Shown: positions 36,331 to 45,568, numbered from the stretch's first letter. The stretch: DNA of 64,000 nucleotides from an uncultured Verrucomicrobiota bacterium (GCA_964466945.1 CAYXPA010000001.1:5516-69515); one strand, 5' to 3'. Notes: generated from the sequence alone by a model not told the origin. Translations and numbers: made by a program.

Positions 36331-37695
36331 TCAGACCTGGTCCGGCTCGGGGTGGACCCACGGCGCGCGGTAGGGCCGGCGCAGGCGGCGGTTGGCCTCG
36401 GGGTCGTTCACGCAGGTGTGCGTGGCCGGGTCCCAGGTGAGGGTGCGGCCCAGGTCCATCGCGATGTTGGCCAGGAAACAACTCGCGCTGGAGATGTGCG
36501 CCTGCTCGATGTCCGCCACGGGCCGCAGCTCGTCGCGCCGGTCGCAGGCCTCGAGGAAGTTCCGCCAGTGCGCGCGCATCGCGCTGGCCACGTGGCGCTC
36601 AAGGTCCTTTTCGGTGCGGTCCTCGGGGTACTTATCGTACTCGAGCACGGCCTCGGCGCTGCGGCGCGGGCTGCCGTCGGCGGGGATGAACTCGTACTTG
36701 AAGACGCTGGCCTTGAGGGTGCCCTTTTCGCCGTGGAAGATGGCGGCCCAGGGATAATCCGGGTCGGGCATGGGGCCCCAAGTGCGGTGGTTCCAGGTCA
36801 CCGGCAGGCCGTCGAAGTCAAAGGCCGCCGTCTGGGTGTCGGTGATGTTGGCCCGGCTGGCGCGGTCGTGGAGGATGCCGCCCCAGGAGGTGATGGTCTT
36901 GGGCCAGCCCAGGTCGAGCATCCAGCGCACCATGTCGAGCATGTGCACGCACATGTCGCCCACGATGCCGTTGCCGTATTCCATGAAGGCGCGCCAGCCG
37001 CGGGGGTGGTGGATTTTGGTGAAGGGCCGCAGGGGCGCCGGGCCGGTCCACAGCTCGTAGTCCAGGTGCGCGGGCGGCGGGATGTCCGGCGCGGTCTGGA
37101 GGGTGTCGCGGTTGCGCATGTGCCAGTAGCAACAGATGTCCACGCTGCGCAGCTTGCCGAGCTGGCCGGACTGGAGAATCTCCCGGGCCGGCTGCAGGTG
37201 CGGGGTGCTGCGGCGCTGGGTGTTGACCTGGACCACCCGGTGGTACTTGCGCGCGGCGGCCAGCATGGTCCGGCTCTCGATCACGTCCACCCCGGTGGGT
37301 TTTTCGCAGTACACGTCGGCTCCGGCCCGGAGGGCCTCGATGACCGGCAGGGCGTGCCAGTGGTCGGGCGTGGAGACCTGGACGATGTCCAGGTCCTTTT
37401 CGCGGAGCATGTCGCGGTAGTCGCGATAGGTGCGCGGCGTTTTGCCGGACTTCTGGCGCTCGGCCACCATCCGGGCCGCCTCGGCCAGCATCTGCTGGTC
37501 GGGATCGCAGAGCGAGACCACCTCGACCGGCTCGATTTGGAGCAGGCGGAACAGGGCGCTCTTGCCGTACCAGCCGCAGCCGATCAGGCCCACGCGGCGG
37601 ACCTTCTCGGCGGCGAAGGCGGTGGGGAGGTATCGGGCGGTGGCGGCCAGGGCCAGCGCGCGGGACGTGGTCCGGAGGAAGTGGCGGCGATGCAT
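36331..37695 (-). CDS. Gfo/Idh/MocA-family oxidoreductase with twin-arginine signal
   Basis: MHRRHFLRTTSRALALAATA (TAT), VGLIGCGWYG and GADVYCEKP. Paralogous in architecture to 7415..8785. Start is ATG 37695. Confidence 0.85.
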   Translation of the reverse strand: MHRRHFLRTTSRALALAATARYLPTAFAAEKVRRVGLIGCGWYGKSALFRLLQIEPVEVVSLCDPDQQMLAEAARMVAERQKSGKTPRTYRDYRDMLREKDLDIVQVSTPDHWHALPVIEALRAGADVYCEKPTGVDVIESRTMLAAARKYHRVVQVNTQRRSTPHLQPAREILQSGQLGKLRSVDICCYWHMRNRDTLQTAPDIPPPAHLDYELWTGPAPLRPFTKIHHPRGWRAFMEYGNGIVGDMCVHMLDMVRWMLDLGWPKTITSWGGILHDRASRANITDTQTAAFDFDGLPVTWNHRTWGPMPDPDYPWAAIFHGEKGTLKASVFKYEFIPADGSPRRSAEAVLEYDKYPEDRTEKDLERHVASAMRAHWRNFLEACDRRDELRPVADIEQAHISSASCFLANIAMDLGRTLTWDPATHTCVNDPEANRRLRRPYRAPWVHPEPDQV

Positions 37696-37840
37696 GGCCG
37701 CACTTAACCACACCCGCCCTGTCGGCTCAATGCTGGAAAAACGTCCGCATTAAGTTCCCGTCCGCCCTCCTGGCGGGGATCCGAGCCTCGCGGCGGCAAT
37801 GCGTGGAAGGCTTGGCGGGTGCGGAAGCTGGGCGGAGATT

Positions 37841-37925
37841 TGGTGCGCGCGGCAGGACTTGAACCTGCACGGTGTTACCCACTAGAACCTGAATCTAGCG
37901 CGTCTGCCAATTCCGCCACGCGCGC
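37841..37925 (-). tRNA. tRNA-Leu (anticodon CAG), CCA encoded
   Basis: The reverse complement reads GCGCGCGTGGCGGAATTGGCAGACGCGCTAGATTCAGGTTCTAGTGGGTAACACCGTGCAGGTTCAAGTCCTGCCGCGCGCACCA. It has a 7-bp acceptor stem, an anticodon stem CTAGA/TCTAG with loop TTCAGGT, the long variable arm typical of Leu, and a T-arm GCAGG-TTCAAGT-CCTGC. Confidence 0.95.
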
Positions 37926-38275
37926 ACCGCGGGCAGCGACGCCTCGCGGCGTCGCCACGCCCGGGTTATGTAGGCCAGCGGCCCCTGGTTCGCAAGTCCA
38001 AACCCGGCCCGGCAGGCGGAGGGTCGAATCCTGGCGGGGTTTTAGGCAACGAGAGGAGTTCGTTTGGTCCGACTGGACGCCACTGGGCCCGCCCAAGTGC
38101 CCCAGTGGCCGCCCTACACCCTGGTGGATACGAACGCGATGCGTCTGCCCTGTGCTTTTTATCGCTTGGCGCCCTGAGTGGGAAGAGGCCCGGAGCGCCC
38201 TGAAATCCCGGGCCTTTCCCGAAGGGCGCGGCAGACGGAGGGGAGCGTAGGCAACCGGTGAGGATGTAGGCGACG

Positions 38276-38839
38276 TCACTCCTGCCCGGGGCGGCCGCGT
38301 TGGGCCAGCTTGTGGGCGGGATGTTCGGCCTGGCGACCGTGCACGAACACCGCCACCCACTCGGCCAGCCGCTGGCCCAGCACCCGGCAGGCGATCTGCG
38401 CGTCCTCGGTCCGCGGCGCGCGCGCGGTGACCGCGCCGTAGTGGAGGGTGTGGAGCTTGGTGGCGTAATCGGTGACGCCGAAGACCAGGAAGCCGAAGTT
38501 CATCAGCACGGTGAGCAAGGACTGGCAGGCCAGTTCCATGCCCCCGCCCCAGCCGCCGGCCGAGCTGAAGGCGCAGGCGATTTTGCCGTCGAGCTTCATC
38601 CAGTGCTCGTTCATGACCTCGTCCCAGAAGCGTTTCATCTTCCAGGACAACAGGCCCATGTTGGTGGGGCTGCCCACGGCCAGGCCATCGCACCAGTACA
38701 CGTCCTGAGCGGTGGCTTCGTCCACCGAGCGCAGGCGGACGTCGGTGTCGGCGATGGCGGCGGCGCCCTCGGCCACCAGGCGGGCCATCTGGGCGGTGTT
38801 GCCGGTGCGGGAGTCGTAAAGCACGAGGATGCGGTTCAT
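38276..38839 (-). CDS. flavodoxin-like NAD(P)H:quinone oxidoreductase (WrbA-like)
   Basis: MNRILVLYDSRTGNTAQMARLVAEGA..., GLAVGSPTNMG and ACAFSSAGGWGGG follow the flavodoxin-fold FMN-binding motif order. Start is ATG 38839 inside ORF 38276..41026. Confidence 0.8.
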   Translation of the reverse strand: MNRILVLYDSRTGNTAQMARLVAEGAAAIADTDVRLRSVDEATAQDVYWCDGLAVGSPTNMGLLSWKMKRFWDEVMNEHWMKLDGKIACAFSSAGGWGGGMELACQSLLTVLMNFGFLVFGVTDYATKLHTLHYGAVTARAPRTEDAQIACRVLGQRLAEWVAVFVHGRQAEHPAHKLAQRGRPGQE

Positions 38840-39043
38840 GGCGGGCGGCAGGTTAGGAGGAGTCGGGTCGCCCGCCAAGGCGGGAGCGCCGGTCCGGCGA
38901 AACGTGGAGCGCCGGCTTGAATGGCCGGGCCGTTGCCGCCGGTGCGGCGCAGGCCCCGCGGCGGCAAGCACAAGGGCGCCGGCGCTTCCCCGGACCGTTT
39001 TGCGCGTGTCGGCGCTGCGGGCGGCGGTTAGGCTGGGCGCCGG

Positions 39044-40168
39044 ATGAACCTTGCCCCTGGTCGAGCCCGAGCCTGGCGCAAATGGGTGCTGTTGTGGGCG
39101 GCTTGGACGTTGATCGCGCTGGCGTTTGCCAGCCAGGTGAACTTCACCCAGGCCCGCCGCGGGTACATCGTCACCTGGAAGTTCGCGCTGACCACCGCGC
39201 TGGCGGACTGGTACACCTTCGGCGTGCTCTCGGTGCCGGCGCTGTGGCTGGCGCGGCGGTTTCACTTCGACGAAGCCGGCTGGCGGCGCGGCCTGGCCGT
39301 GCACCTCGGGGCCGGGGCGGTGTTTGCGGTGGCCTGGGTGGGCTTGCGGGTGGGCCTCGAGATGGTGCGGGCGCGGGAGCGCCAGCCGAACTTCGACTTT
39401 TACGAGGCGTTCCACTGGACCCTGGTGCGCTCGTTCTACTTCAACCTGCTGGTGTACTGGGTCATCGTGGGGGCCAGCCACGGCATCGAGTACTACCGCC
39501 GTTACCGGGAGCGCGAGTTGCGCGCCAGCGAGCTGGAGAAGCTGCTGGTCGAGGCGCGCCTCCAGGCCCTGCAAGCGCAGCTCAACCCGCATTTCCTCTT
39601 CAACACCCTCAACAGCATCTCGACACTCATGCACCGGGACGTGGCGGCGGCCGACCGCATGATCGTGCGCCTGAGCGAATTGTTGCGTCTGGCCCTGGGC
39701 AGCCGGGGCGCGCAGGAAGTTCCCTTGCGCGAGGAGCTCGAGTTCCTGCGCCGTTACCTCGAGATCGAGCAAATCCGCTTCGGCCCGCGCCTGGCGGTCG
39801 AAATTGACGCCCCGCCGGACACGCTCGAACTGGCCGTGCCCAACCTCTTGCTTCAACCCCTGGTCGAAAACGCCATCAAGCACGGCATCGCCCCGCGCAA
39901 GCAGGGCGGCCGCATCGAGGTCCGCGCCCGCCGCGCTGGCGACCGCCTCGAGTTGAGCGTCACCGATGACGGCGCCGGCAACAGCACGCACACCCGCGGC
40001 AGCGGCCTGGGCCTGGCCAACACGCGCGCCCGGCTCGAGCACCTCTACGGCGCGCAGCAGCAATTCGAGTTTGGTCCGCGTCCCGAGGGCGGCTTCGCCG
40101 TGCGCATCACCCTGCCCGCGCGGCCGCTCGGCGCGGTTCAGGAGACGCGCGGGGGCGGCGCCGACTGA
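39044..40168 (+). CDS. sensor histidine kinase, LytS/YehU family (no partner regulator in window)
   Basis: Multi-TM N-terminus, then LQAQLNPHFLFNTLNSISTLM (His_kinase/PF06580-type H-box) and the HATPase_c motifs LLQPLVENAIKHG and DDGAG...GSGLGLANTR. Confidence 0.85.
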   Translation: MNLAPGRARAWRKWVLLWAAWTLIALAFASQVNFTQARRGYIVTWKFALTTALADWYTFGVLSVPALWLARRFHFDEAGWRRGLAVHLGAGAVFAVAWVGLRVGLEMVRARERQPNFDFYEAFHWTLVRSFYFNLLVYWVIVGASHGIEYYRRYRERELRASELEKLLVEARLQALQAQLNPHFLFNTLNSISTLMHRDVAAADRMIVRLSELLRLALGSRGAQEVPLREELEFLRRYLEIEQIRFGPRLAVEIDAPPDTLELAVPNLLLQPLVENAIKHGIAPRKQGGRIEVRARRAGDRLELSVTDDGAGNSTHTRGSGLGLANTRARLEHLYGAQQQFEFGPRPEGGFAVRITLPARPLGAVQETRGGGAD

Positions 40169-40902
40169 GCCGGGGTGGGGGAAGGCTCGGCGGCCGCAGC
40201 GCGGGCGCGTTGCTTGTGCCGCACGCGCCGCCACGCCAGCCAGCCGACCCCGAACAATACCAGCGCCAGCGCGCCGAAGTGCACCGGATGGCCCAGATTG
40301 CGGTCCACCCAGCCCGCGCCCAGCAGCACCAGCGGCGCGGCTTCGGGGATCAACCCGATGAGCGTTCCGAACAGGTACTTGCGCCGACCCACCCCCGAGA
40401 GCGAGAGCGCCAGCGTGATGAGCATCCCCGGCAACGGCAGCAGCCGGGCCAGGATCACCCCGGACATGCCCGGGTCCCGGGCCAGGAAGCGCAGCCCCGG
40501 CGGCAGGTCCGGCAGCGGCCCTTCCGCGCGCCCGCGCAAAGCCAGAAAGGTCAGGAAATAACTCGTCGCCGGCGCGGCCAGCGACAGGGCCAACCCGCCC
40601 CAGAAGCCGTACAACGCCCCGGCCAGCGGACAAAACACCAGGCGCGGCACACCCAGAAAAATCAGCAGCGCGGTGCCGGCATAGAACAACAGCGCACCCG
40701 GCCAGCCGCGCGCGCGCACCCACGCGGCCACGGCTCCGGCCGGCTCGAGCCATTCGCGCAGAGCGGTGAGCCGATAGACCAACAGGCCGCAAATCACCAC
40801 CCCCAGCAGCACGGCCGCTCGCAGCAAGATGCGCCGGCCGGAAACGGCGCCGGAGCCGCCGGGCGCGGGCTTTTCCCGCGGTGGAAGGGGCGCCGTGCTC
40901 AT
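40138..40902 (-). CDS. TVP38/TMEM64 (DedA-related) family membrane protein
   Basis: Multi-TM with FLGVPRLVFCPLAGALYGFWGG and ILARLLPLPGMLITLALSLSGV, typical of the family. The ATG at 40902 overlaps the stop of the GT2 gene (ATGA). The 3' end overlaps the convergent kinase gene by 31 nt. Confidence 0.7.
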   Translation of the reverse strand: MSTAPLPPREKPAPGGSGAVSGRRILLRAAVLLGVVICGLLVYRLTALREWLEPAGAVAAWVRARGWPGALLFYAGTALLIFLGVPRLVFCPLAGALYGFWGGLALSLAAPATSYFLTFLALRGRAEGPLPDLPPGLRFLARDPGMSGVILARLLPLPGMLITLALSLSGVGRRKYLFGTLIGLIPEAAPLVLLGAGWVDRNLGHPVHFGALALVLFGVGWLAWRRVRHKQRARAAAAEPSPTPAQSAPPPRVS

Positions 40903-41651
40903 GCCGCGGGCGGATGGTCCGGGCCGGTTTCGGGCAGGAGCCGGTCGGCCGGGATGACGCGGGCGGCGTACCAGCGCATGGCCAGGCAATCGCGCAGGCC
41001 GCGCCAGAGCCGGTTGCCCACGCCATACTTCGAGACGCCGCGGGTGCGGGGCCGGTGGTGGACCGGCAGCTCCACCACCGTGAAGCCCTGCCAGCGGAGC
41101 AGGGTGGGGAGGAACCGGTGCATGCCGTTGAACACCGGCACCTCGCGCAGCGCCGCCCGGCGCACGGCTCGGAAAGTGCAGCCGGCGTCGGTCACACGGT
41201 CGCCGGTGATCCAGTTGCGGAAAGCATTGGCCACGCGGCTGGAGAGGCGTTTGACCCAGGTGTCCCGGCGGCGGGTGCGGATGCCGGTCACGCCGTCCAC
41301 GCCGGGGCGCAGCGCCGCCAGCAGGGCCGGGATGTCGTGCGGGTCGTTCTGGCCGTCGGCATCGAGGGTCACCACCACCTCGCCGCGGGCGCGGGCGAAG
41401 CCGGAGGCGTAGGCGGCGCTCTGGCCGTAGTTGCGGCGGTGGCGCAGGACGCGCAGTTCGGGGTACTGCGCCCGCAAGCCCTCGAGCACGGCCACGCTGG
41501 CGTCCGTGCTGGCGTCGTCCACCGCCAGCACCTCGAAGCGCAGGTTCAGCGGGCGCAACGTGCCGGTGATCTCCGCCAGCAGGGGCGCGAGGTTCTCGGC
41601 CTCGTTGAAGACCGGCAACACCACGCTGAGCTGGAGCGGGTCCGGGTTCAT
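40899..41651 (-). CDS. family 2 glycosyltransferase (polyprenyl-phosphate sugar transferase, ArnC/DPM1-like)
   Basis: LSVVLPVFNEAENL, VLAVDDASTD, VVTLDADGQNDP and NRLWRG follow the GT2 motif order. Confidence 0.85.
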   Translation of the reverse strand: MNPDPLQLSVVLPVFNEAENLAPLLAEITGTLRPLNLRFEVLAVDDASTDASVAVLEGLRAQYPELRVLRHRRNYGQSAAYASGFARARGEVVVTLDADGQNDPHDIPALLAALRPGVDGVTGIRTRRRDTWVKRLSSRVANAFRNWITGDRVTDAGCTFRAVRRAALREVPVFNGMHRFLPTLLRWQGFTVVELPVHHRPRTRGVSKYGVGNRLWRGLRDCLAMRWYAARVIPADRLLPETGPDHPPAA

Positions 41652-41903
41652 GCGCGGAAGGGTGGGAGCGGAAAAGCCCGGGCGGCGGCGTCCGGGGCGG
41701 CCGGGCGCGAGGGCGCCGGCAGGGGGCGGATTCGCGGCAGGTTCACAAACGTCGCCGCAGTGTCGCCGCAAACCGGCGGGCGAAGCAAGCGCCGGGGCGG
41801 GCGGGGCTGCCCGGGCCGCGGCCGCCGCCGGAGCGGGAAATGCGTTGGAGTCCGCGGCGCGGCGCGCATAAGCTGCGGGCAATCCGGCCGCGGGCCGGGG
41901 CGC

Positions 41904-42683
41904 ATGAGCCGGTTTGCGAATCTCGAGTTTGGCGGCCACCACGAGGACACCCGGGCCGAGCAGGTCCGGGCCGCGGCGGATGAGGAGGCGCACTTGCTGG
42001 CCGAGGCCGAGCGCGCGTTCCGGGGCGGTTACTTCGAGTCGGCCCTGCGCCGGTACGGCCGCGTGCTCGGGACCCACCCCCATAGCGTGGCAGCCTGGGT
42101 CGGGCAGGTGCGACTCTTGCTCGAGTTGGGCGAAACCGCCGAGGCCAACGGCTGGGCCGACAAGGCCCTCGAGCGCCTGCCCGAGACGCCCGATCTGCTC
42201 GCCCTCAAGGGCGTGGCCTTGGCGCGGAGTGGGGACCTCGAGGCGGCGCTGGCCTTCTCGGATGCCTCGATCCGGGGCGGCGAAGCGCCGCCCGGCGTGT
42301 GGCTGGCGCGGGGCGAGGTCCTGCTGGCACGGCGCGAGAAAAGCGCGGAGTACTCGTTTGCAAAGGCGGTCACGGCCGCGCCCGGCGAGTGGCTCTGGCT
42401 GTGGCTGGCTTCGCGGGCGCACTTGTTTCACCGCCAGTTTTCCCGCGCGCTCAAGCTGGCCCGCCAGGCGCTCAGCCTCGAGGAGACGGCGCCGGTGATC
42501 TGGCTGCAACTGGCCCGCTGTCAGTGGGTCCTGGGCCTGGCCACGGAGGCGGGGCGGTCCCTGGCCCAGGCCGAACAACTGGACCCGGCTTGCCCGGAAC
42601 TGGTCCCGGTGCGCGAGACCCTGCGCCGGCCGGACGCGTGGCAGGTCTGGGTGGGCCGCTGGCGCCGCTGGTGGCACGCCTGA
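41904..42683 (+). CDS. TPR-repeat protein
   Basis: Repeated 34-aa Ala/Leu/Gly/Tyr-pattern helices (FRGGYFESALRRYGRVLGTHP..., ETAEANGWADKALERLPETP..., GDLEAALAFSDASI...). Start is ATG 41904. The stop lies 2 nt before pilT. Confidence 0.6.
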   Translation: MSRFANLEFGGHHEDTRAEQVRAAADEEAHLLAEAERAFRGGYFESALRRYGRVLGTHPHSVAAWVGQVRLLLELGETAEANGWADKALERLPETPDLLALKGVALARSGDLEAALAFSDASIRGGEAPPGVWLARGEVLLARREKSAEYSFAKAVTAAPGEWLWLWLASRAHLFHRQFSRALKLARQALSLEETAPVIWLQLARCQWVLGLATEAGRSLAQAEQLDPACPELVPVRETLRRPDAWQVWVGRWRRWWHA

Positions 42684-42685
42684 CC

Positions 42686-43753
42686 ATGAGCCTGGACCGG
42701 TTCAATCAACTGTTGGCCGAGGCCCTCGAACGCGGCGCCTCGGACCTGCACCTGATCGCTGACCTGCCGCCCGTGCTGCGCGTCAACGGCGAGATTTTCC
42801 CCCTGCCCGCCGCGCCGCTGGGCGCGGCCGAGTTGAACGCCCTGACCGCGGTGTTGCTCACCCCGGAGCAGCGGGCCGCCTTCGACCTTGACCAGGAGTT
42901 GTGCGCCACACTCCCCTGTCCGCGGGTGGGCCGGGTGCGGGTGACGCTGTACCGGCGGGCGGGGCATCCGGGGTTTGCGCTGCGGCTTCTGGACGAGGAA
43001 ATCCCGGGCCGCGAGGAACTGGGGTTGCCGGCCAAGCTCGAGGAGCTGGCGCGCCGCCCGGTGGGCCTGTTGCTCATCACCGGCCCTGCCGGCTCGGGCA
43101 AGACCACCACGCTCAATTATCTGGTGGACCTCATCAACACCGAGCGCCGGTGCAAGATCGTGACCATCGAGGACCCCATCGAGTTTGTGCACCGGTCCAA
43201 GCGCGCCGTGGTGGTGCAACTGGAGGTGCTCACGGACACGCCCTCCTTTCCGCGCGCGCTGGTCCACGTGTTGCGGCAAGACCCGGACGTGATCGCCATC
43301 GGCGAGATGCGCGAGCGCGAGGCCATTGCGACGGCGTTGACGGCGGCGGAGACGGGGCATTTGGTGCTGGCTACGCTGCATTCGCCCAGCGTGGCCCACG
43401 CGCTGGAGCGCATCACCGGGGTCTTCGAGGGTGCGGCCCAGCGGCAGGTGCTCCTCCAGTTGGCCAGTTGCCTGCAGGGCATCATCAGCCAGGAGCTCTT
43501 GCCCAGCGTGGACCGCGCCCGGCGCACGCTGGCTTACGAGCTGCTCGTGGCCACCGGCGCCGTCCGCAACCTCATTCGCGAAAACCAGCTTCACCTGCTC
43601 GAAACCATCCTCCAAACCGGCGCCAGGGACGGGATGGTTTTGTTCGACAACTGTCTGTACGAGTTGTACTGCCGGTGTCAGATCAGCTACGACGTGGCGC
43701 TGAGCCGGGCGCGGCGGCCGGAACGCATCACCAAGACCGGCAACGCCGTTTAA
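42686..43753 (+). CDS. pilT: type IV pilus retraction ATPase PilT
   Basis: ASDLHL, Walker A GPAGSGKTTT, IVTIEDPIEF, RQDPDVIAIGEMRE and GHLVLATLHS (His box). Its 355 aa length matches PilT/PilU. Confidence 0.9.
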   Translation: MSLDRFNQLLAEALERGASDLHLIADLPPVLRVNGEIFPLPAAPLGAAELNALTAVLLTPEQRAAFDLDQELCATLPCPRVGRVRVTLYRRAGHPGFALRLLDEEIPGREELGLPAKLEELARRPVGLLLITGPAGSGKTTTLNYLVDLINTERRCKIVTIEDPIEFVHRSKRAVVVQLEVLTDTPSFPRALVHVLRQDPDVIAIGEMREREAIATALTAAETGHLVLATLHSPSVAHALERITGVFEGAAQRQVLLQLASCLQGIISQELLPSVDRARRTLAYELLVATGAVRNLIRENQLHLLETILQTGARDGMVLFDNCLYELYCRCQISYDVALSRARRPERITKTGNAV

Positions 43754-43796
43754 GCCCGGGGCCGCGGCGGGTGGCTGGCCGGCGGGAAAGCGGGTT

Positions 43797-45017
43797 ATGC
43801 GTGTGCTCCAAATTCTGGTGTTCGCCGTGGTGTGGTTGGGCTTCCTGGCCGCCGTGGTTTGGGCCGTCCGCCGGCTCTGGCAGCGCAGCGAGGATCGGCT
43901 GGGCTTGCTCGCGCGCTGGCTGTGCACGGCGGCGGCCCTGGCCTTCATCATCTTCGTGCTGGGGCCCCTCTTTGAGCTATGGGACGCCACCACCGCCTTC
44001 GTGGGAATACCGTTTGCCGCCGTCGCCGGCCTGATCCTGGCCCTGATCTGGGTGCCCAGCCTCACCGAGAGCCTCGGACGATGGGCCGGCACCCTCTACG
44101 ACGGCGGCGCGCGCGCGCCGGAGCCCGAGCCGTTTTTTTCCATCGCCGAAGCGCGGCGCAAGCAGGGTCGCTACGCCGAGGCCGTGGCCGCCGTGCGCGG
44201 GCAACTGGCCCGGTTCCCCGACCATTTCCGCGGCCACATGCTGCTGGCGGAAATCCAGGCCGAAAACCAGCGCGACCTGCCCGCCGCCGCGGCGACCGTG
44301 GAAAACTGCCTCCAGCAGCCCGGCCGCACGCCACAACAAATCGCCTTCGCCCTGCAGCGCCTGGCCGAGTGGCACCTGCGCCTGGCCGGCGACCGCGCGG
44401 CGGCCCGGGCCGCCCTTGAACGGATCGAGCAATTGCTGCCCGACAGTCCGGAGGCGCACCTGGCCCGCCAACGCCTGGCGCATTTGACCCCGCAGGCCAT
44501 GCTCGAAGAACGTCGGGAGCGCCCCCGCCTTGAAGTGCCCCGCGCCCCGGAACGGCTGGGCGTGTTGGGCGAGTCCCCCAAAATCACGCCGCGCGACAGC
44601 GATCCGGACGAGCGCGCCCGGCGGTTGGTGGATCAATTGGACCGGTTCCCCGAGGACAATCAGACGCGGGAAGAATTGGCCCTGCTTTACCACCACGAGT
44701 TCCAGCGACCGGACCTGGCGGCGGAACAGCTCGAGCAACTGATCGCCCAGCCTCATGCGCCCCCGGCCCAGGTCGTGCGTTGGCTGCAATTGCTGGCCGA
44801 GGTGCACGTGGAGGGCACGGGCGACGCCGAGGCCGCCCGCGGCGCGCTGCAACGGATCATAGACCTGAACCCGGCGGGGTCGGCGGCCGAAGCGGCGCGA
44901 CGGCAACTGGCCCTGTTGCCCAGGCGGCTGGCGGCAAAAAAACCGGGCCAAGCCCTCAAGCTTGACCCGGCGGATCCCCGGATGGGATTGAAAAGCGGCC
45001 CGCCTCAGCGCGCCTGA
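43797..45017 (+). CDS. membrane-anchored TPR-like helical repeat protein
   Basis: Three to four N-terminal TM helices, then helical repeats (RKQGRYAEAVAAVRGQLARFPDHF..., IAFALQRLAEWHLRLAGDRAAARAALERI..). Co-oriented immediately after pilT. Confidence 0.55.
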   Translation: MRVLQILVFAVVWLGFLAAVVWAVRRLWQRSEDRLGLLARWLCTAAALAFIIFVLGPLFELWDATTAFVGIPFAAVAGLILALIWVPSLTESLGRWAGTLYDGGARAPEPEPFFSIAEARRKQGRYAEAVAAVRGQLARFPDHFRGHMLLAEIQAENQRDLPAAAATVENCLQQPGRTPQQIAFALQRLAEWHLRLAGDRAAARAALERIEQLLPDSPEAHLARQRLAHLTPQAMLEERRERPRLEVPRAPERLGVLGESPKITPRDSDPDERARRLVDQLDRFPEDNQTREELALLYHHEFQRPDLAAEQLEQLIAQPHAPPAQVVRWLQLLAEVHVEGTGDAEAARGALQRIIDLNPAGSAAEAARRQLALLPRRLAAKKPGQALKLDPADPRMGLKSGPPQRA

Positions 45018-45391
45018 AGTTCGAGCGCGATGCGCTTGTCCACCTCGCTGGCCAGGTCCACGTTGCCGGCCAACGAGCTGCGCCGGGCCTGCACCCACAC
45101 CTGGCTGATGCCGGGCTCGACTTCGGCGACCTTCACCCAGACGGTGTTGTTGTCCACCTTCGCCTCGAGCGTGCTGGCGATGGTGTTCTCACCGGTCAAC
45201 GTGCCCATCTGGGCCAGCACCACCTTGGCGGCGGCAAAGACTTCCGCCGGCTTGCGCTCGTAGCGGCTTTCGATCCGGTCCTTGCGCAGCGGCATGCCCG
45301 CCTTCTTGTGCCCCTCGACGGTCGTGTAGCAACCCGGGGTCAGCGAGATCAGGCAAATCGCGGCGAGCAAAGCGTAGAGATTGCATTTCAT
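45005..45391 (-). CDS. small lipoprotein (DUF3568-like)
   Basis: Lipobox LISLTPGC after a hydrophobic signal (MKCNLYALLAAICLISLTPGCY). 128 aa, mixed alpha/beta. The family name is tentative. Confidence 0.6.
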   Translation of the reverse strand: MKCNLYALLAAICLISLTPGCYTTVEGHKKAGMPLRKDRIESRYERKPAEVFAAAKVVLAQMGTLTGENTIASTLEAKVDNNTVWVKVAEVEPGISQVWVQARRSSLAGNVDLASEVDKRIALELQAR

Positions 45392-45477
45392 GCGGCGGAT
45401 GCAACCCCAGTCCGGCCCGCAGCGTCAAGCCCGAACCCGCGCGGTGGCCGGGCGCGCCGACCCGGCGCCTGTTGTTT

Positions 45478-45568
45478 CGCGGATTTTCAATCCGCGCGGG
45501 CGGCGAACAATCCAGCCCGCCAGCCGGATTGAAGCCGGCGATACGGCAGGTTTGAAACCTGCGCTACG
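45478..45568. repeat. partial copy of the hairpin-cluster MITE/REP-like element
   Basis: CGCGGATT-ttc-AATCCGCG (45478-45496), followed by cggcgatacggcaggtttgaaacctgcgctacg (45537-45568). The latter is nearly identical to 11788-11820 (cggcgatacggcaggttgggaaacctgcgctacg). Confidence 0.6.

Noticed and set aside
38000-38045. tRNA- or tmRNA-like fragment (GGAGGGTCGAATCCTGG; the reverse strand CCAGGATTCGAC plus TTGCGAACC recalls the tmRNA 5' end)
   Set aside because: No acceptor stem, no CCA-adjacent pairing and no valid T-stem (GGAGG versus CCTGG do not pair). The tmRNA-like words have the wrong terminal bases (CCCC instead of GGGG). It is treated only as part of a structured spacer.
37819-38250. 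143-aa plus-strand ORF overlapping tRNA-Leu and the spacer
   Set aside because: It overlaps the tRNA gene on the opposite strand. The composition is Arg/Pro/Gly/Trp-rich with no start context, so it is most likely non-coding.
37700-38300. Genomic island or prophage integrated at tRNA-Leu
   Set aside because: No integrase, transposase or direct repeat of the tRNA 3' end was found in the window. The flanking genes are ordinary housekeeping or oxidoreductase genes.
38840-41026. Upstream part of the 916-aa ORF 38276..41026, and the plus-strand ORFs 40210..41412 and 40881..41903
   Set aside because: These are antisense or out of frame relative to the LytS kinase, TVP38 and GT2 genes. Only the flavodoxin-like 3' end (38276..38839) and the TPR gene from ATG 41904 are supported.
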